Shown here in pieces: positions 25,818 to 35,101 of a stretch of DNA of 37,523 nt (position 1 is its first letter; every line of letters begins with the position of its first letter). A program made the position numbers and the translations under genes. Source of the DNA: Candidatus Adlerbacteria bacterium (GTDB lineage: Bacteria; Patescibacteriota; Minisyncoccia; Phycocordibacterales; SBAW01); NCBI GenBank assembly GCA_027451965.1, contig DAIDHJ010000001.1, positions 317,276 to 354,798 of the forward strand, given 5' to 3'. The notes under the pieces were generated by a model. It had not been told where the DNA came from. It searched no databases and worked only from the letters and a program-made list of their open reading frames with translations.

Positions 25818-27659
25818 ATGTATTCTCGTATGACATCTCGTCCTCTTTTGGTACTTCCATTGGTCATAGGGCTCTTTACCTGCCTGTTTGTGCAGGTACA
25901 ACCAGCGTCTGCACAGCAGGCAATGACCTGTACGCAACTGACGTATAATCTCCATAAAGGATCGACCGATTACACAACGAATGGACAAGTGTCTCAATTG
26001 CAGGTGTTTTTAGGCCAGGCCGGCTATTTTCCATATCAACCGGTAGGAGTCTTTGGTCCAATCACCTTTAGTGCGGTACAAAACTTTCAAGCTGCGCACG
26101 GAATTCCGGCGACAGGATATGTAGGACCAATTACCCGAAATGCAATTGCGCAAATAAGTTGCCAAGGGGGGCAAGGAGTGATACCTCCACCTTCAACGAG
26201 CAGTGTATATATTCAAACACTTTCTTCCACGTCAGGAGCACCGGGAACTACTATCAATGCATACGGATCAGGATTTACTCCAAGTAATGCAGTCGTGCTC
26301 GGTGGAAGCCTCGTTTCGTATGTGCCTTCGTACAATGGCGCAACTCTCTCATTCACGGTACCTAACCTAGCACCAGGCACCTATACCCTCTACATCCAAA
26401 ACAGTAACGGTAGTAGTAACCCTATTTCGTTTGTGGTAACGAACACCACGTATAACTACGGTTCTCCGTATATACAATCTCTCTCTCCAACATCTGGACC
26501 GGCAGGAACGGTAGTTACGGTATATGGATCAGGATTTACCTTTAGCAATACGCTTCTCTTTAACGGTTCGGTGCTTCCGGTAAATTCGATAAACGGCACA
26601 ACGCTCAGTTTTACTGTTCCGAATCTGTCTGCAGGTACCTACTCGTTCTATATCCAGAATAGTAATGGCACGAGTAATCAGCTTTCTTTCAGCATCACTT
26701 CCTCGTATACCTATCAAACACCAGTGCTTCAATCGCTCTCTCCAACGTCTGGACCGGCAGGGACTACGGTAACCATTCAAGGAAGCGGATTCACTGCAAG
26801 CAACACACTCGTCTTTAACGGTACGAGCATGACCGTAAATTCCACAAATGGCAGTACCATTACCTTTACGGTTCCGAATCTGTCTGCAGGTACCTATTCG
26901 CTCTATGTGCAAAACAGCAATGGTACCAGCAATACGGGACTCTTCACTATCACGCAGACACTCACGCCTATTATCATCCAGAATTCTGGATCTACTAACA
27001 CTCTTCCATTCAACATCACCATCAATACCGACGGCAGCGGCACATTGAATGTGAACAATACAACAAAGCAGTTCAGCGCCGGAACGCTTAACTATCAAGG
27101 GTTGATAAGCGATATTCAGGGAGTACCTAGCCTCAGTTTTCCTCCACAAGGATGCATGAAATCAGCATCATTTGGAGTCACGATCACTCTGTCATTTAAC
27201 GGGCAGACAAGCGGAGATCTTACCTGTCCGCCAAGCGCAACCAGCTACCAAACGCTGAAGAACGATGTGAATAATGTCATTGCTCAGGTATGTCCCTACA
27301 ACAGCTGCCAAACCAAAAGCACGGTAACACCTGCAACCACTCCTACGATTAGTTCCGTCATTCCGTCTTCTGCGATTGCAGGAACTATCGTGACCATATA
27401 TGGCACAGGATTTACTGCATCAAACAATAGTGTCCTCTTGAGCGGATCACTAAGCGGGTCCATAGCTAAGAACCTTTCATCGAGCAACGGTACGACGCTG
27501 ATGTTTACCATGCCGAATTCCATAGGACCGAACTGCTTCAATCAGACTATATGTCCAGACTGGGTCGCCATTCTTCAGGCAGGCACGTACAATCTTTCGG
27601 TTGAAAATACAAACGGCACAAGCAACACAGTATCATTCACCTACGGCGGAGGATTCTAA
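25818..27659 (+). CDS. Secreted surface protein: peptidoglycan-binding domain plus four IPT/TIG-like domains
   Basis: Signal peptide; VSQLQVFL..GYF..GVFGPITFSAVQNFQ..GIPATGYVGPITR; repeats LSPTSGPAGT.V...GSGFT.SN...FTVPNL.AGTY....QNSNGTSN. Confidence 0.88.
   Translation: MYSRMTSRPLLVLPLVIGLFTCLFVQVQPASAQQAMTCTQLTYNLHKGSTDYTTNGQVSQLQVFLGQAGYFPYQPVGVFGPITFSAVQNFQAAHGIPATGYVGPITRNAIAQISCQGGQGVIPPPSTSSVYIQTLSSTSGAPGTTINAYGSGFTPSNAVVLGGSLVSYVPSYNGATLSFTVPNLAPGTYTLYIQNSNGSSNPISFVVTNTTYNYGSPYIQSLSPTSGPAGTVVTVYGSGFTFSNTLLFNGSVLPVNSINGTTLSFTVPNLSAGTYSFYIQNSNGTSNQLSFSITSSYTYQTPVLQSLSPTSGPAGTTVTIQGSGFTASNTLVFNGTSMTVNSTNGSTITFTVPNLSAGTYSLYVQNSNGTSNTGLFTITQTLTPIIIQNSGSTNTLPFNITINTDGSGTLNVNNTTKQFSAGTLNYQGLISDIQGVPSLSFPPQGCMKSASFGVTITLSFNGQTSGDLTCPPSATSYQTLKNDVNNVIAQVCPYNSCQTKSTVTPATTPTISSVIPSSAIAGTIVTIYGTGFTASNNSVLLSGSLSGSIAKNLSSSNGTTLMFTMPNSIGPNCFNQTICPDWVAILQAGTYNLSVENTNGTSNTVSFTYGGGF
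26205..26955 (+). repeat. Three tandem ~85-aa IPT-coding repeats (255-nt period between units 2 and 3)
   Basis: CAATC.CTCTCTCCAAC.TCTGGACCGGCAGG at 26475 and 26730; GTTCCGAATCTGTCTGCAGGTACCTA at 26616 and 26871. Boundaries are approximate. Confidence 0.85.
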
Positions 27660-27662
27660 TGC

Positions 27663-28262
27663 CTAACGTTTTCTTTGCAGTACAACTATAGGAAGAAGCG
27701 AGAGTGCAGCGATACCGAGAGAAATAGCTGTAAGATAATGCACGATAATCGGAAAACTTACTCCTAAGAAATAACCGATAAGCGTGATGCCCGCTCCCCA
27801 CAGCACTCCGCCCGCAACGTTGTACGGCAAAAAAATCCGATAGGGCATTTTCCCGATGCCGGCGACAATTGGAGCGAAGGTACGTACGATAGGAATGAAG
27901 CGTGCGAGCAAAATGGCATAGGTGCCATAGCGTTCATAAAAATGTTGTGCTCGTATGACGTGGCTGTGATGAAAAAAACGAGAATCTTTTCTGGTAAATA
28001 GAGAGGAACCGGCCCATGCGCCAAACCAATATCCGACTGTGTCTCCCAATATTGCCCCGAGCATAATAAGGATAAGAACGGGACCAAGAGAAAGAGTGTG
28101 CTGTGCGGCGAGCAATCCAGCTGCAAAGAGAAGTGTATCTCCGGGTAAGAAAAAACCAAAGAACAAGCCTGATTCCGCAAATACACACGCAAACAATCCT
28201 ATATATCCCAAAGAAAGAAGCAGATAAGAAGCATTGGTAAACAGTTGTACAAAGGTATGCAT
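27663..28262 (-). CDS. dedA: DedA family (VTT domain) membrane protein
   Basis: FAESGLFFGFFLPGDTLLFAAG, GDTVGYW, ARFIPIVRTFAP..AG. Confidence 0.93.
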   Translation of the reverse strand: MHTFVQLFTNASYLLLSLGYIGLFACVFAESGLFFGFFLPGDTLLFAAGLLAAQHTLSLGPVLILIMLGAILGDTVGYWFGAWAGSSLFTRKDSRFFHHSHVIRAQHFYERYGTYAILLARFIPIVRTFAPIVAGIGKMPYRIFLPYNVAGGVLWGAGITLIGYFLGVSFPIIVHYLTAISLGIAALSLLPIVVLQRKR

Positions 28263-28338
28263 GGACGTCAGTAGTGTATCACACGGCCATTATGGATATT
28301 GAAACCTGTGATTATAGGCTCAGGTTATACTGACATAT

Positions 28339-28923
28339 ATGAAATTCCTCTTTTGGTTTGCATACGTCAGCGTCCCGGTCACGCTCTTATGCGGATTACT
28401 ATACCTTGTGGTGCAGCAAGATATGCGCACATCTGCAAACGACCCACAGATTCAACTGGCAGAAGATGCGGCGGCGCAGATCATCTCGGGAAAGCAAATC
28501 GATCAAGTGGTGCCGGTTGGAAAAGTAGATATAGCAACAAGTCTTGCGTCGTATCTTATGGTATTCAATAACCAGGGAGTACCGCTCCTCTCACAGGCGG
28601 TGCTCAACGGTGAAACACCAACTCTTCCGCAAGGAGTATTTAATCTGACACAGGCGTATCATACCGTCACCACTCCTATGGGCATCGAGAGCCGTTTTAC
28701 CTGGCAACCGGCTCCGGGTGTGCGCAGCGCTGTCGTGCTTCTTCATTTTTCTTCCAAAAACGGTATTGGATATGTGCTGGCTGGCCGTTCGCTTCGTGAA
28801 GTGGAAATGCGAGAACAGAAACTTTCATCGTATGTTGTCATGTGCTGGTTACTTACCGAAGCACTCCTGTTCCTTATGACGATAACCGTGTACCTGTTAG
28901 CTAAACGCGGACGATTTGCATAA
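28339..28923 (+). CDS. Hypothetical protein with TM-extracytoplasmic domain-TM topology
   Basis: Two TMs around QQDMR.SANDPQIQLAED...TWQP.PGVR.A...GYVLAGRSLREVE. Confidence 0.8.
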   Translation: MKFLFWFAYVSVPVTLLCGLLYLVVQQDMRTSANDPQIQLAEDAAAQIISGKQIDQVVPVGKVDIATSLASYLMVFNNQGVPLLSQAVLNGETPTLPQGVFNLTQAYHTVTTPMGIESRFTWQPAPGVRSAVVLLHFSSKNGIGYVLAGRSLREVEMREQKLSSYVVMCWLLTEALLFLMTITVYLLAKRGRFA

Positions 28924-28988
28924 AAGTGCTTTTACTGGGGAATCAGTATGATCATATTTGGATGTTTCTTAGTATACTGAGTTAAGCT

Positions 28989-30668
28989 ATGCCACTAGCT
29001 GAGGAACTTAAACGTATCGTGCGCGGGGAAGTAATCGATACCCCCGATATGCGAAAGCAGTACGCGCGTGATGCCAGTATTTTTACCATCACACCAGAGG
29101 TAGTGATATTCCCGAAAGATGCACAAGATGTTTCAGCGCTTGTAGAGTACGTAGCACAACAAAAAAAAGACCCGAGAAGGGCCCATATCTCCATCACTGC
29201 CCGCGGAGCGGGGACTGATATGTCTGGCGGACCGCTTACTGATTCGATTGTGCTTGATATGACCAAACATTGTAATCGGTTTCTCGGACTCTCTCATGAT
29301 ATCGCGAGTGTGGAACCAGGTATGTTTTTCCGCGATTTTGATAACCGCACCAAGCGGGATGATTTGGAACTGCCGAGCTACACTGCTTCTCGAGAGCTCA
29401 ATACAGTAGGAGGTATGGTGGCTAATAACTCGGGCGGTGAAAAAAATTTAAAATATGGAAAGACTGCCCGATATGTGGAAGCACTGGATGTGGTGCTTTC
29501 TGACGGAAAGCTCCATACACTGCGACTATTACAAGGAGAGGCATTGCAACAAAAACTTGCTGAACAGAGCTTTGAAGGAGAAATACATCGTCGCGTTGCG
29601 GCACTTCTGACTACACATCAGAAAGTTATTGAAATGCATAAGCCACAGGTGGAAAAAAATTCTTCAGGGTATGCACTCTGGGATATGGGAGACGGTGTGC
29701 ATTCACTCAACCTTGCCCGGCTTATGGTAGGAGCACAAGGAACGCTCGGCATTATTACCAAAGCGGACATACGTCTCGTACATCCAAAACCTTACGCTTC
29801 CATGGTGGTTATATTTCTTAAACATTTGTCCGAACTGGGAGCGGTGGTACCACAGGTGCTCGCACATCAGCCTGATAGTTTTGAATCATACGACGACCAT
29901 ACGTTCGCATTAGGAGTGAAATATTTTCCGGAGTTTACGCGCTCCATGAAAACGAACATCTTTTCCTTGCTCATTTCATTTTTGCCCGAATTTTGGATGC
30001 TTTTGACGGGGGGTATTCCTAAATTGGTACTGCTTGTAGAATTTCGTGCTGCTACGCAAGAAGAAGCAGAACATCGTGCTGAACAATTGGCCGTTGAACT
30101 CAAAGAAACCAAAGATATCTCTGTACGAATAGCTCCATCAGAGCGGCAGGCGAGGAAATATTGGGCGATACGGAGAGAAAGTTTTAATCTGCTGCGCAAG
30201 AAAGTGCATGGGATGCGCACCGTTCCCTTTATAGATGATTTCGTTGTACCGCCGGATCGGCTTGCAGAGTTTCTGCCGAAGCTTGAAGCAATTCTTTCTC
30301 ATTACCATCTCACGTATACGGTTGCCGGTCATGTGGGTGACGGCAATTTTCATATTATTCCGCTTGCAAAACCATCAGAGCCAGGACTCCCGCGTATTAT
30401 CGATGAACTGTCTCACCAAGTCTATAATCTCGTGTTGTCATATCATGGCTCTATTACCGGAGAACACAACGACGGTTTAGTGCGGACACCATACGTAGAA
30501 AAAATGTTCGGACAGGAGATGTACGCGTTGTTCTATGAGATAAAGAAAATATTCGACCCGCTCAATATTTTCAATCCTGGAAAAAAAGTAGGTCTTACTT
30601 ACTCCGACGCGTTCGCCCATCTTGATCTGCCTAAATCATCCTATACGCCTACCCCCGAAGCACCATAA
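28989..30668 (+). CDS. FAD-linked oxidoreductase, GlcD/D-lactate dehydrogenase family
   Basis: ARGAGTDMSGG, TVGGMVANNSGG, GAQGTLGIIT, GHVGDGNFH, GEHNDG, FDPLNIFNPGK. Confidence 0.9.
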   Translation: MPLAEELKRIVRGEVIDTPDMRKQYARDASIFTITPEVVIFPKDAQDVSALVEYVAQQKKDPRRAHISITARGAGTDMSGGPLTDSIVLDMTKHCNRFLGLSHDIASVEPGMFFRDFDNRTKRDDLELPSYTASRELNTVGGMVANNSGGEKNLKYGKTARYVEALDVVLSDGKLHTLRLLQGEALQQKLAEQSFEGEIHRRVAALLTTHQKVIEMHKPQVEKNSSGYALWDMGDGVHSLNLARLMVGAQGTLGIITKADIRLVHPKPYASMVVIFLKHLSELGAVVPQVLAHQPDSFESYDDHTFALGVKYFPEFTRSMKTNIFSLLISFLPEFWMLLTGGIPKLVLLVEFRAATQEEAEHRAEQLAVELKETKDISVRIAPSERQARKYWAIRRESFNLLRKKVHGMRTVPFIDDFVVPPDRLAEFLPKLEAILSHYHLTYTVAGHVGDGNFHIIPLAKPSEPGLPRIIDELSHQVYNLVLSYHGSITGEHNDGLVRTPYVEKMFGQEMYALFYEIKKIFDPLNIFNPGKKVGLTYSDAFAHLDLPKSSYTPTPEAP

Positions 30669-31191
30669 CGTCTCCTTGGGAATCAATGGTAATAAGTTTT
30701 GAAGGGGTGCCAACAATAGTTCCTTCGTCGACATAAAAATCAACACGAGTACCAAAGTATTCTCGTGCTTGCGCAATGGTGGTGGCTGGTGGTAATCCTT
30801 CGGGATTTGCGCTGGGAGCAGCGAGTGGACCGCTATAGCACAATAGTTCTCGCAACGATTCTTTCTGTGGAAGCCGAAACGCGAGAGAGAAGTTCCCTCG
30901 ATGCAGATACGAAAAGGTGGCATCAGGACAGGGAAGTATGATACTTACTGGTCCCGGCCAGTAGGTAGTAAGCATAGATCGCATTTCCTCCGTCAAGGTT
31001 ATACCGAATGGTGCGATCTCCTCATACGAGGATATCAGGATGATGAAAGGTTTTGTCACTGTTCTCCCTTTCAATTCATACATTCGCTCTATAGTATTTT
31101 GCTGCAAAGCAGAACCCACAATACCGTACAGCGTATCGGTTGGTATGATGCCGATTCCACCGTTGCGAAGTATTTCTACGTAACTTGTCAT
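30649..31191 (-). CDS. tsaC: L-threonylcarbamoyladenylate synthase (YrdC domain only)
   Basis: IPTDTLYG, LKGR...KP, WPGPVS, AFRLP, APSAN..G. Confidence 0.92.
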   Translation of the reverse strand: MTSYVEILRNGGIGIIPTDTLYGIVGSALQQNTIERMYELKGRTVTKPFIILISSYEEIAPFGITLTEEMRSMLTTYWPGPVSIILPCPDATFSYLHRGNFSLAFRLPQKESLRELLCYSGPLAAPSANPEGLPPATTIAQAREYFGTRVDFYVDEGTIVGTPSKLITIDSQGDVMVLRG

Positions 31192-31226
31192 TATTTCTTT
31201 AAAAAGAGAAAAACTGATACCGGAAA

Positions 31227-32738
31227 CTATACAAATCCCGGGAAAAAATCTGTTTTGATATGTCTTTTTGGAATACCGAGATCCTGGAGTATTTCACGGA
31301 AAGCAGTAATCATTGCTTGTGGGCCAGAGATATAAAAAATGCGTTCTCGGTAATCCGGTATGAGTTTGCGAATCAGTTCTGGCGTTACCGTTTCATATGT
31401 ATAGGCAGGAAGGGGATGTTCTTCAGTAAGAACATAGTGTACAGGAGTCCCCAGTTCTGTGCGAGCACGCTCCAGAATTGAACTGTACGCAATGTCTTCC
31501 TTGGTTCTATTGCTATACAGGACGGCAATATCTCGTTTTTCTCTGCGGTCCAACAGGTACTGCAGCATGCTGCGAAACGGGGTGATACCTATTCCGCCCG
31601 CAATGAACACCAATTTTTGTGTTTTTGAAGCAGGAAGGGTGAACGTGCCCCCGGTTTCAAGTGCGCTTATAGATCCTCCTGGCTGAAGGGCAAGCAATGC
31701 TCGTTTAAAGCTACTTCCATTTTTCGTGAATTTAACACCGATACGCACTTCTTGCTCGGTTGGAGACGAAGCGAGTGTAAAGTAACGCCGATTTCCGCGC
31801 ATATCCGTTTTCGTATGAGGAAGTGTCCATTCCATGTATTGTCCCGGAAGATACGCAAAAGCAGTACGTGGTGAAAAAAGAAAATCAGCACTGCTTTTTC
31901 CTGTGCGCTCAATGCGGGTAAGAGTCATATGCACCCTCTTGCGAGGATTAACGATTGCAGAAAAGATGTTTCCTACTACTAATGCAAGTTCTGGAGTGGA
32001 ATATATTGATCCGATATGAATTGCAGGGGCAAACAGTATACCTACCACTATTCCATATGCTATCCGCAACCAAGCTATAGACGGGGTAGTGACCGGTTCG
32101 GTAAGCATGATAAACGCAAGGAATAGGAGGGAAGTATGGACAACTACTTGTCCTAATAGGCTTATGTTTGGTACCGCAGTGGTAAGAAATATAGAGAACA
32201 GTGCTGCAGTAAAGAATACGAGCACCAGATCCCATCGTTGTAATTTCCGCACTAGCAGTATGCCACCAATAAGGATCACCGGAAGCAATGCAAGATTTCC
32301 AGCGGCCCACCAGCTTGCTGCATGTCCAAATAGAAACGCCATCGCTACCAACCCAAGTGCGGCAGGGTTGAAGATCGGCTTTTTTCTCAAGGTGATCAAA
32401 TATTTTGATGCAATAGCTACGGTACTTGCAGCTGCCAGTAACAGTATGCCGCCGAGATTTGTCGGCGCTATAGGAGTAATGAGCAGTGCCAGAATAAGAG
32501 CAGTGATGTAAGTAGATTCCGTATTTGCCGGCGCAGCAAATATATGTACGCACAACTCATTTACAAACAGGCTTACCAGCGTGATCAATACAGCAGAGAA
32601 AAGGATGTTTATCGGCTGGTATGGCAAGATGTGTACCCAACCATATACCACCGCGCTCACTAGGATCGCCAGGAGGTAATAGAGTACCAGGTGATACATA
32701 GTGGTTCGGTTGAGGATGTAATCAATAAACTGCATCAT
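31227..32738 (-). CDS. NqrB/RnfD-like membrane domain fused to an FNR-type FAD/NAD(P)H oxidoreductase
   Basis: Multi-TM N-half with IASKY..K.IFNPAA and MLTEPVTTP; C-half with PGQY, RRYFTLASSP, FIAGGIGITPFRSM, FYISGP. Confidence 0.88.
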   Translation of the reverse strand: MMQFIDYILNRTTMYHLVLYYLLAILVSAVVYGWVHILPYQPINILFSAVLITLVSLFVNELCVHIFAAPANTESTYITALILALLITPIAPTNLGGILLLAAASTVAIASKYLITLRKKPIFNPAALGLVAMAFLFGHAASWWAAGNLALLPVILIGGILLVRKLQRWDLVLVFFTAALFSIFLTTAVPNISLLGQVVVHTSLLFLAFIMLTEPVTTPSIAWLRIAYGIVVGILFAPAIHIGSIYSTPELALVVGNIFSAIVNPRKRVHMTLTRIERTGKSSADFLFSPRTAFAYLPGQYMEWTLPHTKTDMRGNRRYFTLASSPTEQEVRIGVKFTKNGSSFKRALLALQPGGSISALETGGTFTLPASKTQKLVFIAGGIGITPFRSMLQYLLDRREKRDIAVLYSNRTKEDIAYSSILERARTELGTPVHYVLTEEHPLPAYTYETVTPELIRKLIPDYRERIFYISGPQAMITAFREILQDLGIPKRHIKTDFFPGFV

Positions 32739-33481
32739 ATCGTCGTATATGCTTCAAATCCGCTCGTCATCGTAGCCATACCGTCTTGATCAATACTATA
32801 CCCTTCATATCCCGGCAATGTTTCAATGAAACTGATCCCTGCATTCCCCATAGCAAACGCTGGAGTGGAGAATCGATCAGCCTCGCATACATCTGGACCA
32901 ATAACCGTAAGACTCGCCAGTGCAGTGAGCGGTTGTTCAGGGTGATGTGGGTCGTAAATATGATTGCCGCGTTCGTACAGTCCTGACGTTGCTACGCCTT
33001 TTCCTTGCGGATATATGATTTTTACAATGGTGTTCGGAGTAAATGGATTTCGAATGCCTATACTCCAAGGTTTTCCTTGAGCATTAGTCCCCGAAGTCTG
33101 TATGTCGCCTCCGGCTTCGATAGAAAAATTTTCATATCCTTTTTGGTACAGTAATCGCGCTGCATTGCGTATGGACCATCCTTTGACGATTCCAGAAGGA
33201 TCGATATGGCCATCAGGATGATGCATGTCGAAATATCCTTTTGATTCTTCTTTTGTTTTCTCCGCGAGTGCAAAGATTTCATGCATATCCGTACTCCATG
33301 CGGATTCAGGCAGTTCCCCTCGATTAATACGCATAATCTCACTCTCCGTTTTATAGGTGCTGAAGCGGGTATCTACTGATACGAAATACGAGAATACCTC
33401 TTCAATCGCAGTGTGGACATCAGCATCGGAGACAATTTCAACAGTAATAGGCATGCCCATGCAAGGACGTGTCTCTTTCAT
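32735..33481 (-). CDS. apbE: FAD:protein FMN transferase
   Basis: MGM, FSTYK..SEI.RIN, DPSGIVKGW, EAGGDI, W.IGIRNP, VATSGLYERG.HI.DP, AD. Confidence 0.92.
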   Translation of the reverse strand: MKETRPCMGMPITVEIVSDADVHTAIEEVFSYFVSVDTRFSTYKTESEIMRINRGELPESAWSTDMHEIFALAEKTKEESKGYFDMHHPDGHIDPSGIVKGWSIRNAARLLYQKGYENFSIEAGGDIQTSGTNAQGKPWSIGIRNPFTPNTIVKIIYPQGKGVATSGLYERGNHIYDPHHPEQPLTALASLTVIGPDVCEADRFSTPAFAMGNAGISFIETLPGYEGYSIDQDGMATMTSGFEAYTTI

Positions 33482-33489
33482 ACGTATTC

Positions 33490-33963
33490 CTATGCTTTAT
33501 TGAGCGCCGTGGTTAATGATTGTACGAATGCCTCACTTGTTGCAGTAGCGCCAGAAACCAAATCAACTTGGGCGCTTTGTGTTGCTATAGCTTCTTGTTT
33601 AAGTTGTGGAAGTGCAACAGCACTTCGTTCTTGAGAATAAGGATTGTCATTTGGATATTGCAAAAAGACAATATTTACTAAAGCTCCATTTTGAATTACT
33701 GCTCGTACTTGCAAGGGGCCGTAGAAGGCATCGGTAACCGAACCAGTATAAGTGCCATCCCTATATCTTCCGGTATTTGAATTTATGGGCGGTGTTGCGG
33801 GTTGAGGTTGTGGAGGTTGTTGCTGGACTGGGGTAGGAGACTGCGGAGGTGGGGTAGTAGATGTCGCCGCAAGAGAAGTTGCAGTTTGGTTGGAAAATGT
33901 ATTCCATAGTGCATAGGCTCCTAATGCAATGAGAAGAGCGCCGATAAAAAATAATTTCTTCAT
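33490..33963 (-). CDS. Membrane-anchored FMN-binding protein (flavinylation target)
   Basis: TM, Pro/Gln linker, YRDGTYTGS...YG, VDLVSGATATS ([S/T]GA[S/T] motif). Confidence 0.92.
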   Translation of the reverse strand: MKKLFFIGALLIALGAYALWNTFSNQTATSLAATSTTPPPQSPTPVQQQPPQPQPATPPINSNTGRYRDGTYTGSVTDAFYGPLQVRAVIQNGALVNIVFLQYPNDNPYSQERSAVALPQLKQEAIATQSAQVDLVSGATATSEAFVQSLTTALNKA

Positions 33964-33981
33964 AGACAGGTTATTTATAGG

Positions 33982-34434
33982 TTAATTAGAGCCGTACCCA
34001 GGAGAACAGCGGATAAACTGAGCAACAATATGTCCTTGCTGATCCGGTTGGCCAACAACAACTATGGTTTCTCCAACACTGAGGGTAGAAGTTCCTTCAT
34101 TGTCGAAGGAAGTAGAGCTGCTAACAAGTATGCTCTGCTGATTTCCAACACGATTGGTGATTTGAATAATTGGAAAATGAATTGTACTAATTGTTCCTAC
34201 TGTTCCATGATTACTCTCGATGAATTCGTGTGGGAACGGTAGAGGGATACCAAACGGTCCTATCGTCCCTTCGGCAGGGAATCCATACCCGGATCTATAT
34301 TCAAATTCAAAGTGTTCTGCTTCGAATGACATACCGAGATGAAAGATTAATGCGGCAAGTATCAAAGAAGCAAGCACTACCAGTATTGCTTTTTTTCGAG
34401 GAGTGAACCACGTTTTTCTTGTATTTTCAGACAT
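33982..34434 (-). CDS. Hypothetical membrane-anchored protein with a beta-rich C-terminal domain
   Basis: Start MSENTRK 1 nt after the upstream stop; single TM; HGTVGTI...LSVGETIVVVG...IVAQFIR. Confidence 0.75.
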   Translation of the reverse strand: MSENTRKTWFTPRKKAILVVLASLILAALIFHLGMSFEAEHFEFEYRSGYGFPAEGTIGPFGIPLPFPHEFIESNHGTVGTISTIHFPIIQITNRVGNQQSILVSSSTSFDNEGTSTLSVGETIVVVGQPDQQGHIVAQFIRCSPGYGSN

Positions 34435-34435
34435 G

Positions 34436-34834
34436 TTAGATGTTTGCGTGTGCGGTAAAGAGAATGTGCGCATTGGCTGGGATGCGTGACAAAGACCATA
34501 TGCATCCTGCAACACACGCCAGTACGCCGAGAATTCCTAATGCAGGTAATGAATCGAATAACAGGAGACCCAAGTTCTGCCAGGAAGAAAGGATTATTTG
34601 GTGGTTAGAAAGAGCGAGATTAAGATAATCGTAAAATCCTGATACATACAATTCGTGTGCGGCATACGAGAGTATTGGAATAAGAGCTCCAATTGATACA
34701 AACGTACTGCCGATAAATGCTGCGATGCGCATTTTTGCTCGGCGACACTGCAATGCAAAAATACGTGCTTCTATATTCCTATAAAGTATAGAGGGAGGCT
34801 CTACTTCTTGGAGCAGTTGGCCTAGGGTATACAT
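34436..34834 (-). CDS. Membrane protein, putative anti-sigma factor
   Basis: Short soluble N-terminus EVEPP..LY..I..RI, then two TMs; lies downstream of the ECF sigma gene. Confidence 0.6.
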   Translation of the reverse strand: MYTLGQLLQEVEPPSILYRNIEARIFALQCRRAKMRIAAFIGSTFVSIGALIPILSYAAHELYVSGFYDYLNLALSNHQIILSSWQNLGLLLFDSLPALGILGVLACVAGCIWSLSRIPANAHILFTAHANI

Positions 34835-34922
34835 GCTTTGTATACGAATCACCGTTTTGGTTTGGTGCATTTTATACACAAAGGGCACTTTGACATAGAT
34901 TCTATTTCTATTAGACTCCTAC

Positions 34923-35101
34923 GGTAATAAGCCATCCCGCGGCTTATTAGAAAGGGAAAACCATTGTTCCTAAAACGCTGGTCCTTTCAAGTCTCTGCCG
35001 GGCTGCAGGGACACTCCCAGGCGAGGGAAGAGCGTTCCTTTCGGGATAGGTTTTTGAGTGGTCATCCTCCGTAAAGAGGGTTACCACTCCTACGGGCGGC
35101 T
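34923..35101 (+). ncRNA. Candidate structured non-coding RNA, family not recognised
   Basis: Three nested stem domains with several G-U pairs in the + orientation; TTGACA-16 nt-TAGACT upstream (34890-34917). Confidence 0.5.

Noticed and set aside
6172-27149. Long shadow ORFs (e.g. 6172-6774, 13728-14558, 14597-15205, 26529-27149)
   Set aside because: They overlap well-supported genes on the opposite strand or in another frame, and show no recognisable motifs or start signals.
35084-35101. 16S rRNA fragment (ACTCCTACGGG resembles the conserved 338 region)
   Set aside because: The match is only about 11-14 nt and the flanks show no rRNA similarity; it is probably just a C-UACG-G tetraloop motif.
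34923-35101. SRP RNA, RNase P RNA, tmRNA, or FMN/cobalamin riboswitch
   Set aside because: Hallmark motifs (CAGG..GGAA..AGCAG, GAGGAAAGTCC, tRNA-like ends, FMN and B12 boxes) are absent on both strands.
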